From NCBI GenBank assembly GCA_033442325.1, contig JAWQFM010000007.1:830719-894718 (forward strand): a stretch of 64,000 bases of DNA, read 5' to 3'. The stretch is from Salpingoeca rosetta (taxonomy: Eukaryota; Protista; Choanoflagellata). The position numbers and the translations under genes are program-made. Positions 43,116 to 58,928 of this stretch are shown here, piece after piece; position 1 is the first letter of the stretch; every line of letters begins with the position of its first letter. The notes beneath the pieces are model-generated. The model was not told the DNA's origin. It saw only the letters and a list, made by a program, of their open reading frames with translations, and searched no databases.

Positions 43116-45650
43116 CTATGCCTCGCTCTCGTCCACCAAGCTCCCCGGTGAGAGCTTTTCCTTCTGCCGCTTGATGAGGCGATACAGCAGCGGGCTCTGT
43201 GTCAGCCGGTGGCGCCGTGCACCCACCGCCGTCACAATCGACGGATCAACCTGCACATGCAAGCGCAGCGTTCAGCGTCCAACACATTCGCGTGAGTGGT
43301 TGTGTGTCGTGTATATTGTCTTGTGGGTATGTGTGTGTGACTGAGAAGAGGAAGCAAGCAACCCCCCACAATGGCAGCTGTTGTTTGGGAAACGACGATG
43401 TGTTGAAGTGTTGAGTGGTGTTTGCTTGTTTGTGGCGAGCATGTTTGTTGTTTCGCTCCATTTTTTCGCTCTGCTGTTCGCACCTGCTGCTCGTGGAATG
43501 CCTGTGAGACGTGCAGAGGCGTGAGCATCAGCACTGTTGCTTGTCTCCTGTACGTTTCCGTCCCGTGGCACACAACGCATCACAGTGAGGTGGTGAGATA
43601 GAGATGACCAGTGCAGCAGTGGGCACTCACGTAAGCGGCCCATTCATCAGCCTCGTCTTCGCTGCACAATGCCCTCTGCAACACGTGTGTGCCAACACAC
43701 ATACACGTACACATACACGCACGCCGCGCACACACGTGCATGTTCAGGTGCACAGGCAGAGTAGGCGTGTGTGCGCTGCATACACCTACGTTGGGTCGAC
43801 GCACTCGCCGCTGGTGAGAGTGACAACGGCGGAGTTGAGGTCGTACGAGTCAAGGCAGTGCTTCACTTCCCGCCCTGCACCAACAGCAGAACATGCAGCG
43901 AACGAGTGGAGGGTTTGGGCAGGTGCACGGCAAAATGTGTGAGCGCAGCAACCACTTCAATGCAGTGAGCAACACGTGTGGGTGCGATTGGGATGCATGG
44001 CAGCCACCCCAATGCGTCACCTGTGACACGGGTGGCACACCACGACACACAGCACACCACGATCAGCACAACAATGCGACTGACCAAAGTCCTGAAGATC
44101 CTGCTCGTGTACAAACTGCCAGGAGAGCTCGTGCTGCTCTGCCTGAACAATCAGCGCTCCCTTCACTCGCAGCGCTCGCAGCAGCTGCAGGCGCCATGAC
44201 GCAATGCACCACAAGAGCAAACGTGAGTGAGAGAGTGTGTGCATGTGCATGTGCATGTGTACACATGTATTTACATTTGAATGTGTGCGCGTGTGTACGC
44301 AGTTTGAGGAACGCAAAAACAAAGAGTTCTTGAGCACATTGCTGCTGTCTCGCTTCAACAGTCACACACCTGCAGCGTTGGAAAGACAGTCTTGTCGAGG
44401 AGGCAGAGCAGCTCCAGCACCAGATTCGCGTTGTCCATGGGCGTTGCCTTTCGCGCCATGTCGGTGACACTCGCCCCGTTCTGCGCGTGCGAGTGAATGC
44501 GTGTGCATGTGAGCGTGCGAGTGAGCGAGCGCATGCGCGAGTGCAGGTGCGCGTGTGTGCGTGTGCGCGCGTATGTGTTAGTTTAAATGGGCAAGGCCTT
44601 CTGCTCACGCACTGCAGCTGCAGCACATGAAACAATGTGGCGCTCACCTTCTTGCGCATGGACGATCTTCTCCACGCAATCAAGTCTGCCAGCCCAATTT
44701 TGGTGCCTGCAGGCAAAACACAAACACACACACACATCAAGCACACACACACACACACACATGTGGGCGTGGGTTTGGAACAGAGTGAGTGGAGAGAGGG
44801 TGTCAGCAAAGTGCCGTGCACGCACGTCAAGGCAGCACAATAAATCACGCCGCTGTCCACGTACTCTTTGCATCGATGGTGGCTGTTTGGGGTGTGTAGG
44901 GGACAGACTGGGGTCCACTCTTGACGGCAAGTCGTGCCACGCCTATCGTATTTACATGTTGGTGGCGCGGGTGAGTTCACAGAGAAACAACATGGGTTGA
45001 TACGCGTTCGTGTTTGATGACATGCATCAAGTATGACGTGTCACGTCTAATTTGGATCTCCCAACGCACCGCAGAAGAGTGGCAGGCTGTAAAGGGTGCC
45101 TGGGTGGAGGCCGCCGGTTGTCAGCGAGTCTTTGAGCGTCTCGGCGTCAACGGGGACACCCACATATTCGCCCTGGGCATCGACACACCCTGAGGCATTG
45201 GAAGACAGCACATACAGATCAGAAACGCAAAGGCCGCAGCACGTGGCTCGAAGAACAAGACAGCGCACACCATACAATCACTGCAGCTGGAGAGTGTATT
45301 GGGAACTTCATGCTCGGTGTCTGTACTTACGACTCATTTCTTTGTGTGGGAAGATGAGCGGGAAGAACCTCTCTCCATCCGGCGTCTCCTCGTGGGCCTG
45401 GTTGGTACCAACACGACAGGCAGGGGCGGGGGGGAGGGATGAGGACATGGTTTCAAGCAAGGCAGACGGAGGGCGTGGACAATGTGCAAGGCAAGGTGAA
45501 GTGTCAGTGCGTGGGAATGTCAAGAAAGAGGAAGGAATGGATGGACATTCAGCACGCATGAACACCGTTTCCCACACACAAACTTATACAACAAAACATA
45601 CTAAGACACTAAGATACCACACACACGCACACACACGCACACACACGCAC

Positions 45651-45697
<47 letters not shown>

Positions 45698-46339
45698 CAC
45701 GCACACACACGCACGCACATATGCGCGCACATATGCACCATATAGAGGCATTACAACACACCTGCTCTTGTAAACTCTGCACGATGGCCTGCTCCTCTGG
45801 GTCTTTGGGGTCGTAGCCGATGGTGTTTGGAGGGCTGACCACGCAAAACTGCTGCGCGATAGCTTTGCACATGGCCTTATGATTTGGATAGTGGGAGAGC
45901 TGGCAGTCCTTGGAGCAGTCTGCAGATGCACGAAGAATAGGCTGTTGAGCATGGGGTTGCGAAGTCACACAAGCACCAGCAAGCACGATGACCAAGACGT
46001 GCGCACGAGTATCCAATCCATAGTCTGCGCATCTGTGCCCGCTTGATCAAAAGCAGACACACACACACACACACATGTATGCTCACGCACATGTAATCCC
46101 CCCCTCCCACACACACGCACGCGCACACACACCCATGCACATCACCACATACATTCATACTCACAGCAGATGGACATGCAGCGGGCGCATTTGTGCTTTG
46201 GGCGTCGGGCCTTGCACGATGGGTTGCCGCATCGTGTTGAGTCTTGTAGCATCACAGACAGCTGGGGAGCAACGGTGCTCTCCGCGTTCATGTTGGCGGT
46301 GCTCGGTGGCCTGGCCTGGAAACCTTGTTGAAAGTCCAT
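43116..46339 (-). CDS. MYND-type zinc-finger protein, otherwise uncharacterised
   Basis: [17 protein letters not shown]|.[17 protein letters not shown] is a MYND finger. Further GT-AG exons lead to the last exon [10 protein letters not shown]...LVDESEA*. The start is uncertain. Confidence 0.7.
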
Positions 46340-47161
46340 CGTGTGCGTTTGTGTTTGTGTGTGTGTGAAGGTCAGTTCGGAATCGAGCGCTGCCTGTTGC
46401 TCGGCGAAAGTCTGAAGGTGGTGTGTACTGTGAAAGGTGGTGATGGTACAGCTTGTGCGAGCGCAAGTGCTGGTGGAGTTGGTTGAAACAGCAACGGACA
46501 ACAAGATGCCTGCGACTCTGAATGTGAATGAACACACACAGTTGTTCTTCCTTCCCCCATCACACAGCCACAGCCACAGCCACAGCCGTTGCTGTTGGCA
46601 TGAATTCGTCAGGGCCACGAGCAAACAAGAACACGACATAAACACGCACAGCACACCAGCACACACATCAGCACACACCTTGGTCGGGTGCACGATGGCG
46701 ATGATGAGCGAGATGGAATGAACAAATGAATGCAGCACCCCAAACACCAACGCGTCCATCAAACAAACAGCGAGCGAGCGAGCGAGCACGGCCACTGCAC
46801 CCACCACACACATGGACTTGAGAGAGGAGCTTCATGCCTTCGCGCCACTCGCTCTCGTCTGGCAACCCGAGCCCAGCACCGCTTGCCTTTGCACCGCAAC
46901 GCAACCCAACCCACACGCGTCCCTCACGCCAACCCGCCCTGACCAAATTCAAGGACAAAGCTTTGAACTGTTGGCGGCAGCTGTTGGAATCACCCAATCG
47001 TATACGGCGCCGCGAACAACAGCGAATGGTTTCGGAAACGGCGCGATGGGGAATTCCCTGACGAGGTTGCAAAACATTGCAAAAGATGGGAGCAATTTGC
47101 AAAGCAAGCAAGAGTTTTGTAAATGCAAATTCCACCTTCCGCCTTCAGCAAATCGTAGTTC

Positions 47162-47275
47162 GCCGTTATGGCGCAGTTGGGAGCGCGTTAGACTGAAGAT
47201 CTAAAGGTCCCCAGTTCGATAGCAGTCGTTCAGGCCTTCGCATCACAGAAGGCACAGAAACCCTGGGTGACGGCA
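47162..47275 (+). tRNA. tRNA-Phe(GAA) with a 41-nt T-loop intron (47221-47261; position 59/60)
   Basis: GCCGTTA-TG-GCGC-AGTTGGGA-GCGC-G-TTAGA-CTGAAGA-TCTAA-AGGTC-CCCAG-TTCGAT[41 nt]C-CTGGG-TGACGGC-A. All four stems pair (one G-U), giving a 73-nt cloverleaf once the insert is removed. A Pol III oligo-T run starts at about 47286. Confidence 0.92.
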
Positions 47276-47423
47276 CTACTTTACCTTTTTTTTTTTTCCT
47301 TTGGCAACAAAGCAACAAGAGAACAGAAGAAAAGTGCCAACGCTGCACTGCGAGTCCTTGCCGTCTCTGCCAGCATGGCACAAACAACAACAACAACACA
47401 GCCAATCATGCAACGTGGACGCC

Positions 47424-47461
<38 letters not shown>

Positions 47462-47664
47462 GTTGTGTGGTGTGAAATGTGAAATGTGACACAAACACAT
47501 GCACACGCACACGCACACGCACACGCACACACACGCGCACACGCACCCCGCTTGCATCGATTGCACTCAAGCCGCAAAACCGCTGGACTGGCAACCTCCA
47601 TCCATCAATCCATCAAGGCGCACCACTACAACACGCTGTAGCGGCCTTACAGTGCAGCATTGCA

Positions 47665-50388
<2,724 letters not shown>

Positions 50389-50875
50389 TGTGGACGGACA
50401 CCAATGACGCACGTCAACTACAGCGCGGCTGCGGTAGTGCGACACGTGGCACATCGTGTGTGCGTTGCGTGTTCGTTTGTGCTTCTGTTACTTCGAGTGT
50501 AAACGCTTCGCGTGTGTGTATTTTTTTTTTTCTTCCGTTCAAGCAATCGTTTATGTTATCGTGGCCTTACGCTCTTGACCCCACATATTCAGAAGAAAAT
50601 ACACAAGCAAACAAAGAGGGCTTTTGGGCAGTGTACCCGCCACACCCCTGCACCCATGCAAGAAGCATCTATTCATAATCAGTTCGGCTATTCCACTGTG
50701 ACACACTTGCGGACAACACATCCAAAATGACCACACAAGCGTGGATGATGATGTGTGCATGCGCATCCAGCAATTTCACCAAGAACAGAACGTCCACCAA
50801 GGACAAAACGCCCACTACTATTCAATTGCACACTCTTACACTCCAACACACACGCACACGCACACACACACACAC

Positions 50876-50935
<60 letters not shown>

Positions 50936-50984
50936 GCACGCACACACACACACACACACATGTCTCTCTCTCTCTTCCAGCACG

Positions 50985-51702
50985 TCATTTGTTGACGACG
51001 AGGGTTTGCAGCTTGGTGACCCACTCGCGCTTGACGTGCACATCCTTGGCATGGATGATAAACGTACGCGTGGGGCACACAATCTCAAACTTGTTGTCGT
51101 CGTTGTTGGTGACGATGACTGCCTTGATGGTGGGAATCTCAATTCGCCCCAGCACCTTCTTGGACTTGTACGACTTCTTGTATGTCAAGCACGCCCCTTC
51201 CAGGCAGAACCACCGCTTCTTCCAGTTCTTGCGTCCAAACGCAGAGCGACCCCCGCCCTTCTTGACGAGATACCCGCTGAAGTCTGCCTGCGTGAATGTC
51301 ACCATGCGCTCGAGTGCCTGCAAGCAAAACAAATTTTGGGACGCATGCGCAACGTTTGGAGCCAGTCAGATATGATCACCAAGGGGCTCACACGTTGCGC
51401 TCGTGTGTGCGTGTGTGTCGATGCGGGTGCGAGAGACAGACAGACATAGACATTGCATGCAAGCGTGCACAACCAAACATGTTTAATGTGTTACCGTTTG
51501 AAAGGTGTTGTCGACGTTGTCGTGTGTCTTTGCCGAAGTCTTGAAGAACGGGCACTGTAGCGACTTGGCCAGACTCTTGCCTGCACCACAGGTGGATTGT
51601 GGTGGCGTCAATGAAGCGTGTGAGTGGGCACAACGTGTAAGCGTGCAAGCAAGAGCAGGTACTCTGGGGCGCATCGCCCTCATGCTGCGAGAATGTGTCC
51701 AC

Positions 51703-51740
<38 letters not shown>

Positions 51741-52233
51741 GAAAAGGCATGGACACACCTTCGGTGTCTGGCACTGCACGCTGCTTGTCGCAGTCACTCT
51801 TGTTTGCGACGAGAACACACGGGAAGTACGCCTTTGCCTTTGTAACCCGCACTTCCTCCACAAGCTCCTGAGCACGTTGAGTACAGCACCCATGCACGAC
51901 CGGAGAACGTAGTACCGTTCTGGTGAGCGCCCTTGCACACACATACAGACACACACAGACACACACACAGACACACACACACACAGACACACACAGACAC
52001 ACACACACGCGCGCGCACATACACGCACACACGTGTCAGGTGCCGGGTGCACGTACGGAAATGGCTTCCAAGCTGGAGCGGTCCGTGATGCTGTAAACGA
52101 AGACGAAGCCATCCGCATCCGCAACTGTAAACGAGGCCACGATAATGAAGAAGAGCACGTCAGAGAGCAGAAACTTGCGCGGTGCAGTGGGTGGGCATGG
52201 GTGCTTTGGGCCATGCGTATGCGGCACCTTTCC

Positions 52234-52284
<51 letters not shown>

Positions 52285-52671
52285 CCAGTGGACTATTGCT
52301 TTTGCGTTGTGATGCGTAGGCTTACTTGCTTCGCGGCGGCTGGTTGGGTAGTCTGCCTCCCCGCCCCAGTCGAGAAAGGTGACGCGTTGCAGCGCTCCCA
52401 CAACGTATCGTTGCAGTTGGAACTTGTCTGTGGGTGATGTTGCGTGGTGTCATGTGCTGGAGTCAGAGGCACAGTAGAGAAACAACAACCATGTTTGTGC
52501 ATGTGTGTGTGCTAGTGGATGCAGATGATGAAGCTGAAGAGCAGCAATTCGATCACTGACTTACCGAGGATGGTGGGATGGTGCTGCGCTGGGAAGTAGT
52601 TGGAGTTGTTTGCAAACTGGAACAGGAGCGAAGACTTTCCGACATCACCTACAGGGTATGCATGTAACGAA

Positions 52672-52711
<40 letters not shown>

Positions 52712-53048
52712 GTGTGTGTGTGTTGTGTGTGTGTGTGTGTGTGTGTTGGGGGAGGTTGTTTGTGTATTGTGTGATTCAATTGTATGAGGTGAGCGTACGC
52801 AGGTGGAGAGGGAGGAGAAAGGAGTCAAGTACGCACACTTTCGAACACACACATACACACGCACACACACACACACACACACAGGGCTGTTACTCACTCT
52901 TTCCGAGGACAAGAACAGTGAATGTCTTGGAATCATAGTCGTTTCCGTCGTCCTCATCCTCAGATTCGCTGTCATCAAAGGTGGTAGGGTTATCGTCTGC
53001 GAGCGAGTCTTGTCGCGCATGAAGACGGGCGTCGTTCTCCGCGTTCAT
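50985..53048 (-). CDS. Ras-superfamily small GTPase fused to a C-terminal PH domain
   Basis: Spliced motifs: G1 VLVLGKSDVGKSSL, G2 HHPTILD, G3 FLDWGGE, DGFVFVYSITDRSSL, G4 VLVANKSD, G5 FFKTSAK. Last exon is a PH domain: FSGYLVKKGGG...NWKKRWFCL...REWVTKLQTLVVNK*. Confidence 0.85.
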
Positions 53049-53124
53049 CCTGCCAGGTTGCCTGCCTGCCTGTGCTTCCGTCAACCTCGAGTTGAGGGCT
53101 CGTCTCCCTTTGTATGTCTGCCAA

Positions 53125-53184
53125 GCAGCTCTCGTTGTCAGCAGCTCTCGTTGTCAGCAGCTCTCGTTGTCAGCAGCTCTCGTT
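53125..53184 (+). repeat. 16-bp tandem repeat (GCAGCTCTCGTTGTCA)n just upstream of the Ras-PH start
   Basis: About 4 tandem units visible. Confidence 0.8.
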
Positions 53185-53749
53185 GGCTGGTGCTGTCTGT
53201 TGGCGTTGGTTGCTCAGGAATGACGATGACAACAACAAGTGGTTGCGTGAATGAATGAATGAAAGAAGGCTCGCTCAAGCAAACGAGCTGTTGTGGCTGT
53301 GTTTTTTCAATGGCAAATGGTTCGGGGGATCTGATTGCTGGCTGGCTGGGAAGACAGACGGTGCGCCACAATGTGCCTAACTGCCCATGCACCAACACCC
53401 TGCCTGTCGTCATCCACCCACACACTCACACACTCACACACCCCATCCCAACACAGGCTGGTTGGCTTGTCTGGCATGTCGCATTCTGCATGGTTGGCGT
53501 GTCTGCCACAAGAAGCACGCAGTGTGCTTCCTTTCATACTTGACACATCGCTTCACTCTTCCCGTCAGCAAATACCAACGCGAATTGTTTACTTGCAACA
53601 TCATATAGTGTAGTAACACGAGAGTGTGTGGATTTGCAGTCCTTTTTGTCGTTGTCCTGTTTCCTCACACCCCCCCCCCCCACACACACACAGACACACA
53701 CACATACACATACACACATACACACAGACACACACACACACACACACAG

Positions 53750-53781
<32 letters not shown>

Positions 53782-53801
53782 ACACACACACACACACTGG
53801 C

Positions 53802-54016
53802 TCAGGTGAGCCAGGAGAGCAGGCCTGATCCCCGCGGCTTGAGCTTGGACAAGTTGCGGATGACTTCCTCCATCTTGCTGCTGAAGCGGCGATGGCCACT
53901 CTGAACCTGCGCGCACAACGTGGCAGTGTGGATGAATCGGCATGTCACGGTTGGGGGTGATTGGTATGGGCGGAGGGAGGACACAGGGGCTTGAACAGTC
54001 AACCAATGTGTTCACG

Positions 54017-54109
<93 letters not shown>

Positions 54110-55157
54110 GCATGCACAAACCTCTGTGGCAAGCGCCTGAAGGTTGTTCAAGGTGAGCAACAGTGGCTGTTGCAGCAGATGTGGGTTCTCGTACAAGAAC
54201 AAAGACACCTCCATCATGCCCTCTGGTGTCACGGTTTGGACATCAATATCCTGTTCACAAGCAATGAGGAATCACCAAAGGGGAGCAAAAGTGATGTGAG
54301 CCAACGTCGCGGCACACACACACGCACACACACACACACACACACACAAGAGTAGAAACGCACGTGCTTGCGGAGCTCGTCCAGAAGGTGTGCATGCAGC
54401 CCATCCACCAGGTCTGAGGCCAGAAGCAACAAAACGAGCGCAGTGATGAGAAGGCGAGCAATGGCAGCACTGTGCATGCACCCAAGACATCTCAACTGAA
54501 CATGATGTCGTGTGCTGCTGTTCTTCACGCTACCCCTAATGTGTCAACGCACCAAATGCGCGCTCAAGGACGCGGCGGCCTTCGCGCGTTACCTCAGCCA
54601 GCTCTGGATTCTCATCCTCGGCACTGCACACGTGTGCGTGTGTTGTGTTTGCGTGTGTTTGCGTGTGTTTGCGTGAGGTGTCATTGTACGTGTAGTGTGT
54701 GTGTGTGTGTTTGCGTGTGTGGTGTCATGGTACATGTAGTGTGTGTGATTGTGGGTGTTTTGTGCATGCAAAAGGTGCGTTGGGTGGGTGTAAGCAGACT
54801 GGCAATGTGACGACAAAGGTTGGTAGCGAAGAGGACGAGGGCTACGTGTGACAAGACGGGCTGAGCAACAACAGCAAGTAAGGATTGCAACGTCATGGCA
54901 ACTCCCACCGCGTTCGTACATTGGGGATTGCGCAGACGCAAACACGTTCCAGTTGTACATGGGGCGAACGGCAAGAAGCCCAAGCCCAACGCCAGCCTTC
55001 AAGACCGAAACGCACACAACACAACACAACACAACACAACAGGCAAACAAGGGCATGCAAGCGTGTGAGGCTCGGTGCGAGCATTGTCTGAAGGTTGGCA
55101 TAATGCGCACCAAGCAGAAGAGCTATCAAGACACTCCCACACTTTCAAACTCACATG

Positions 55158-55230
<73 letters not shown>

Positions 55231-55941
55231 TCAAGCTCACATAAACACAGGGCATGGCGTATCAACAACAGGAGCGGTACAACACACCCCTTTGTGAACG
55301 GGGTACGCGTTGAAGTCGCACAGCTCAATAGCGCGCCAGGGAATGATGGTGCGCTCTGGTGCCATGCAGTCTTGACAGAACATCTACGCAGCGAATATGG
55401 AATAGGGCGGGAGGAGGGGCGAAGCAACACGGTTGAGAACACAGACGAGGAGGCTGAGGAGAAGCCTAGCACTTGTCATGAGTAGCAGGCAGCAAACACC
55501 AACAAACAAACAAACAAACAAACAAACAAGCAAGCAAGCAAGCAAACAAAACAAAACAATCCAAACACACAAACAAACAAACAAAACAAACAAACAAACA
55601 AACAAAACAAACACACAAACAGACAAAACAAACAAAACAAACAAAACAACACAAATGATCACGCGTGTGGGACGAACGAACCTTGCCGGAGAAAAAGCAC
55701 ACGCCGCAGAACTCGAGCTGGTTGCTTGGATCGCTGAGTTCGAGAAACTGCTGGCAGCTTGGGCAGCGGCCGTGCTGCTCATGTCGCATTGACGCCAAAA
55801 GTTCCGTGTTCAGCACAACTTGCTCCTGAGTTGTTGGTCGTCCCAGAAGTACACACGCATGCAAACAAACACACACACACACAACAAATGAGTCACATGT
55901 TTGACACACACACATTACACAAAGTCACATTCCACCCAATC

Positions 55942-55999
<58 letters not shown>

Positions 56000-56519
56000 C
56001 AGTGAGGTAGCCGATATTCTCCACGGCGGAGAACATGTGCTTGACGGTGTAGAGTTCCAGTCGTCGATCCACAGAGAAGAAATCCTGCATCATTGGGGTC
56101 AATGGTGCCTCCTCCTCCTCCTCCTCATTTTCTTCCTCTTTTTCTGCTTCATCATCACAGACATCGTTACCATCGCCAGTGTCAGCACCACCATCAACAA
56201 CACCACCTTTCTCCGGATCATTACCATCGTCACCATCATGGCCACCATCATCGTCATCAACACCACCTAGTACATCACCGCCATCGCCACCACTGCGCCC
56301 TGCCAACGGCGTGCTGTTGCCGCTGGCAGACAGAGGCGACAGCGACGTGTCCTCGTCATCCTGTGCGAGACGCAGCGGTTTGCAATACGACGACGTGGGC
56401 GGTGCCGCTGGAGGCACAAACGCCTTTGGCCACAGCTCATCGCTTGCTGCGTCAAGTTCTGCCTCGCTCGCATCCCTGGAGCCCCTAGATAGGATTGGCA
56501 TACAAGCACATGTATGCGT

Positions 56520-56590
<71 letters not shown>

Positions 56591-56711
56591 GTGGGAGGAG
56601 AGGGTTGGTGATGTGAGAGGCACTTCAGTCAATGGCGCTCAAGTCAACGACTGCGCAATGAGTGAAACCAGGCGTTCAAGGAGCCCACAACCCCACTCAT
56701 CCACGATGATC

Positions 56712-56764
<53 letters not shown>

Positions 56765-56934
56765 CGCGCGACGTACAGCGGGAGGATGGTGCCAAAGGCC
56801 TGGTACATGCGGAACGGCTGCTCAAGAATGAAGGCAACGATGTCGTCCACATGCGCGCGCCACGTGTTGGTCTCCGAAAGGAAGAACTCTCGTGGTGTTG
56901 CATGGTGTGGCGCCACCTGCGCCGAGCAGCCACC

Positions 56935-56974
<40 letters not shown>

Positions 56975-57313
56975 TTGCAACCGCACCAATATCAGAGTGT
57001 AAGGGTGAATGTGGGAGAGGATGCGAGGCAGAACACCACTGGACATTTGACATGGTAGCAAATCAAGAAAAAGCAACTGCGTGGTTACATAACAACGTGC
57101 ACGTGTCACATCTGCTGTTCATTCTTACCGCACAGGCGGCGGTTGTGTATTCCATTGGCCGAATCCACTTCCTTCTTCGACGAAACGACCGCAGTGATGG
57201 CTGTGTCACGATGTCGATGATGTGGCGGTCAGTTCACTCAGCATAAAGGCAGTATTCAAGGCACAACCCATTTCCAGCGCAGTACCGCTCTGAACTGTAC
57301 TACAGCGACAAAG

Positions 57314-57361
<48 letters not shown>

Positions 57362-58463
57362 TCACACACACACATTCACATTCCAAACACACACACATAC
57401 TCACCTTGTCCTTTGGTGTGGCTGGGTTGCCGTCTGCGTCTGTCCACCTCAGACGATCAACGACGGGGATGCGAGGGACAACCCGCGCTGGCTGCTTGTG
57501 AATGCAGCGTTGGTTCTCATACACAGTGAAGTAACGCACATCTTGCTGCTCGGCCGCGTGGTGATCAGGCGCGTCGCGAGCAGACACGAGACGGTGTTGA
57601 TCGTGCTTCGGTGGCTGCTCGAGGACGGGCTGTGCCGTGGTGTCCGGTATTGAGGGCAGGGTGACGCGAGTCGACTGTCGCGCCGATGGTGTCGTTGATG
57701 CGGGGTCCAGCCAGTGAATGAGGCTGTCGTTCTCGCGCAGCTGCCGCTCAAACCAATTTGTTGACGCCTCAGAGTCGGTCGTTGCTGTCGAGGAAGCGGC
57801 AGCGAGCCTCTCATCTGCACGCGTCCCGTCATCCCCATCGTCATCATCGTCGTTCCCATCATCATCGTTGGTCGCACCATCGCCGGCATTAACACCATCG
57901 TCGTCATCGTCGTTGTCACCAGTCTCTGCAACAGCGATTCCGTTCTCCTCCTCGTGCACGTCGTTGTGCGGGACTGTGGGTGCTGCGTCTGTCTCCATTG
58001 CACGCTGCTGCACATCCTCTTGTACTTCAGTGGCAATCACCGCATCACCTCGATTTGATGCACCAGCGTCGTGCACAACAGGAGCATCTTCGCCATCGAG
58101 TGGCTCTTCCCCTTTTCCATCGCTCACGCCCATGTGTTCGTCATCAGCACCGTGTTGGTCCGGCACCTGTTCAGCTCCATATGCATGTACATGTGCATGT
58201 GCATGTGCATGCGCATCATCTGCCACCTCGGCGACCGTCGCTTCGGTATCCTCCTCCTCTCGCGGGCTGGCGCGTGGTTGGTCCTCGTGCGCGCTGCTGA
58301 TTGGGCTTGTAGCCGTCGTGCTGTCGTCCGTTGCTGGTGGTGCATCATTTGGGGGTGGCGATAACGCAATTTGCACGTCTTGCACGCCACCGTCATCATC
58401 ATGAACGGAAGGAGGAGCACACGCTGTTGGTGTGTCATCGTGAACTTGGACTGCATCCTTCTC

Positions 58464-58537
<74 letters not shown>

Positions 58538-58844
58538 GCATGGTGGAGGCAGGCGCCACCTCCCTGTTTTCGCCATTGTCCTGGTTGCCCTGACTGCTCT
58601 TTGCCTTCTTCTTCTTCTTGTGCTTCTTCTTCTTTTTCTTCTTTGGCTTCGCCTTGCTCACGGGCACTGCCGGGATGTCGTGTCCGACTGGCCGCGGTGT
58701 TGGCAGCCACTGCTGCGGTTGCGGCGCGCTCGCTCCCTCCACCAGCAGCCACACTGCACGATCACGACGAAAGGGGGAAGGGGAGAGTGAGAATCTGCAT
58801 TTGCCAACGAATACAATTGTGTAGGTATTCAACAGAGCGTATGT

Positions 58845-58928
<84 letters not shown>

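Noticed and set aside
47123-47130. ATGCAAAT octamer as a POU-bound distal element
   Set aside because: A single 8-mer that lies too close to the gene compared with U6-type promoters; it could be chance.
47162-47300. tRNA-derived SINE or permuted tRNA interpretation
   Set aside because: The halves are in normal order, all stems are intact and a terminator follows immediately. The second copy is explained by the segmental duplication.
46812-47405. ORFs overlapping the tRNA (46812-47204 +, 47166-47405 -, and 31094-31330 + at the other copy)
   Set aside because: No protein-like motifs; the sequence is better explained by the tRNA and its flanks.
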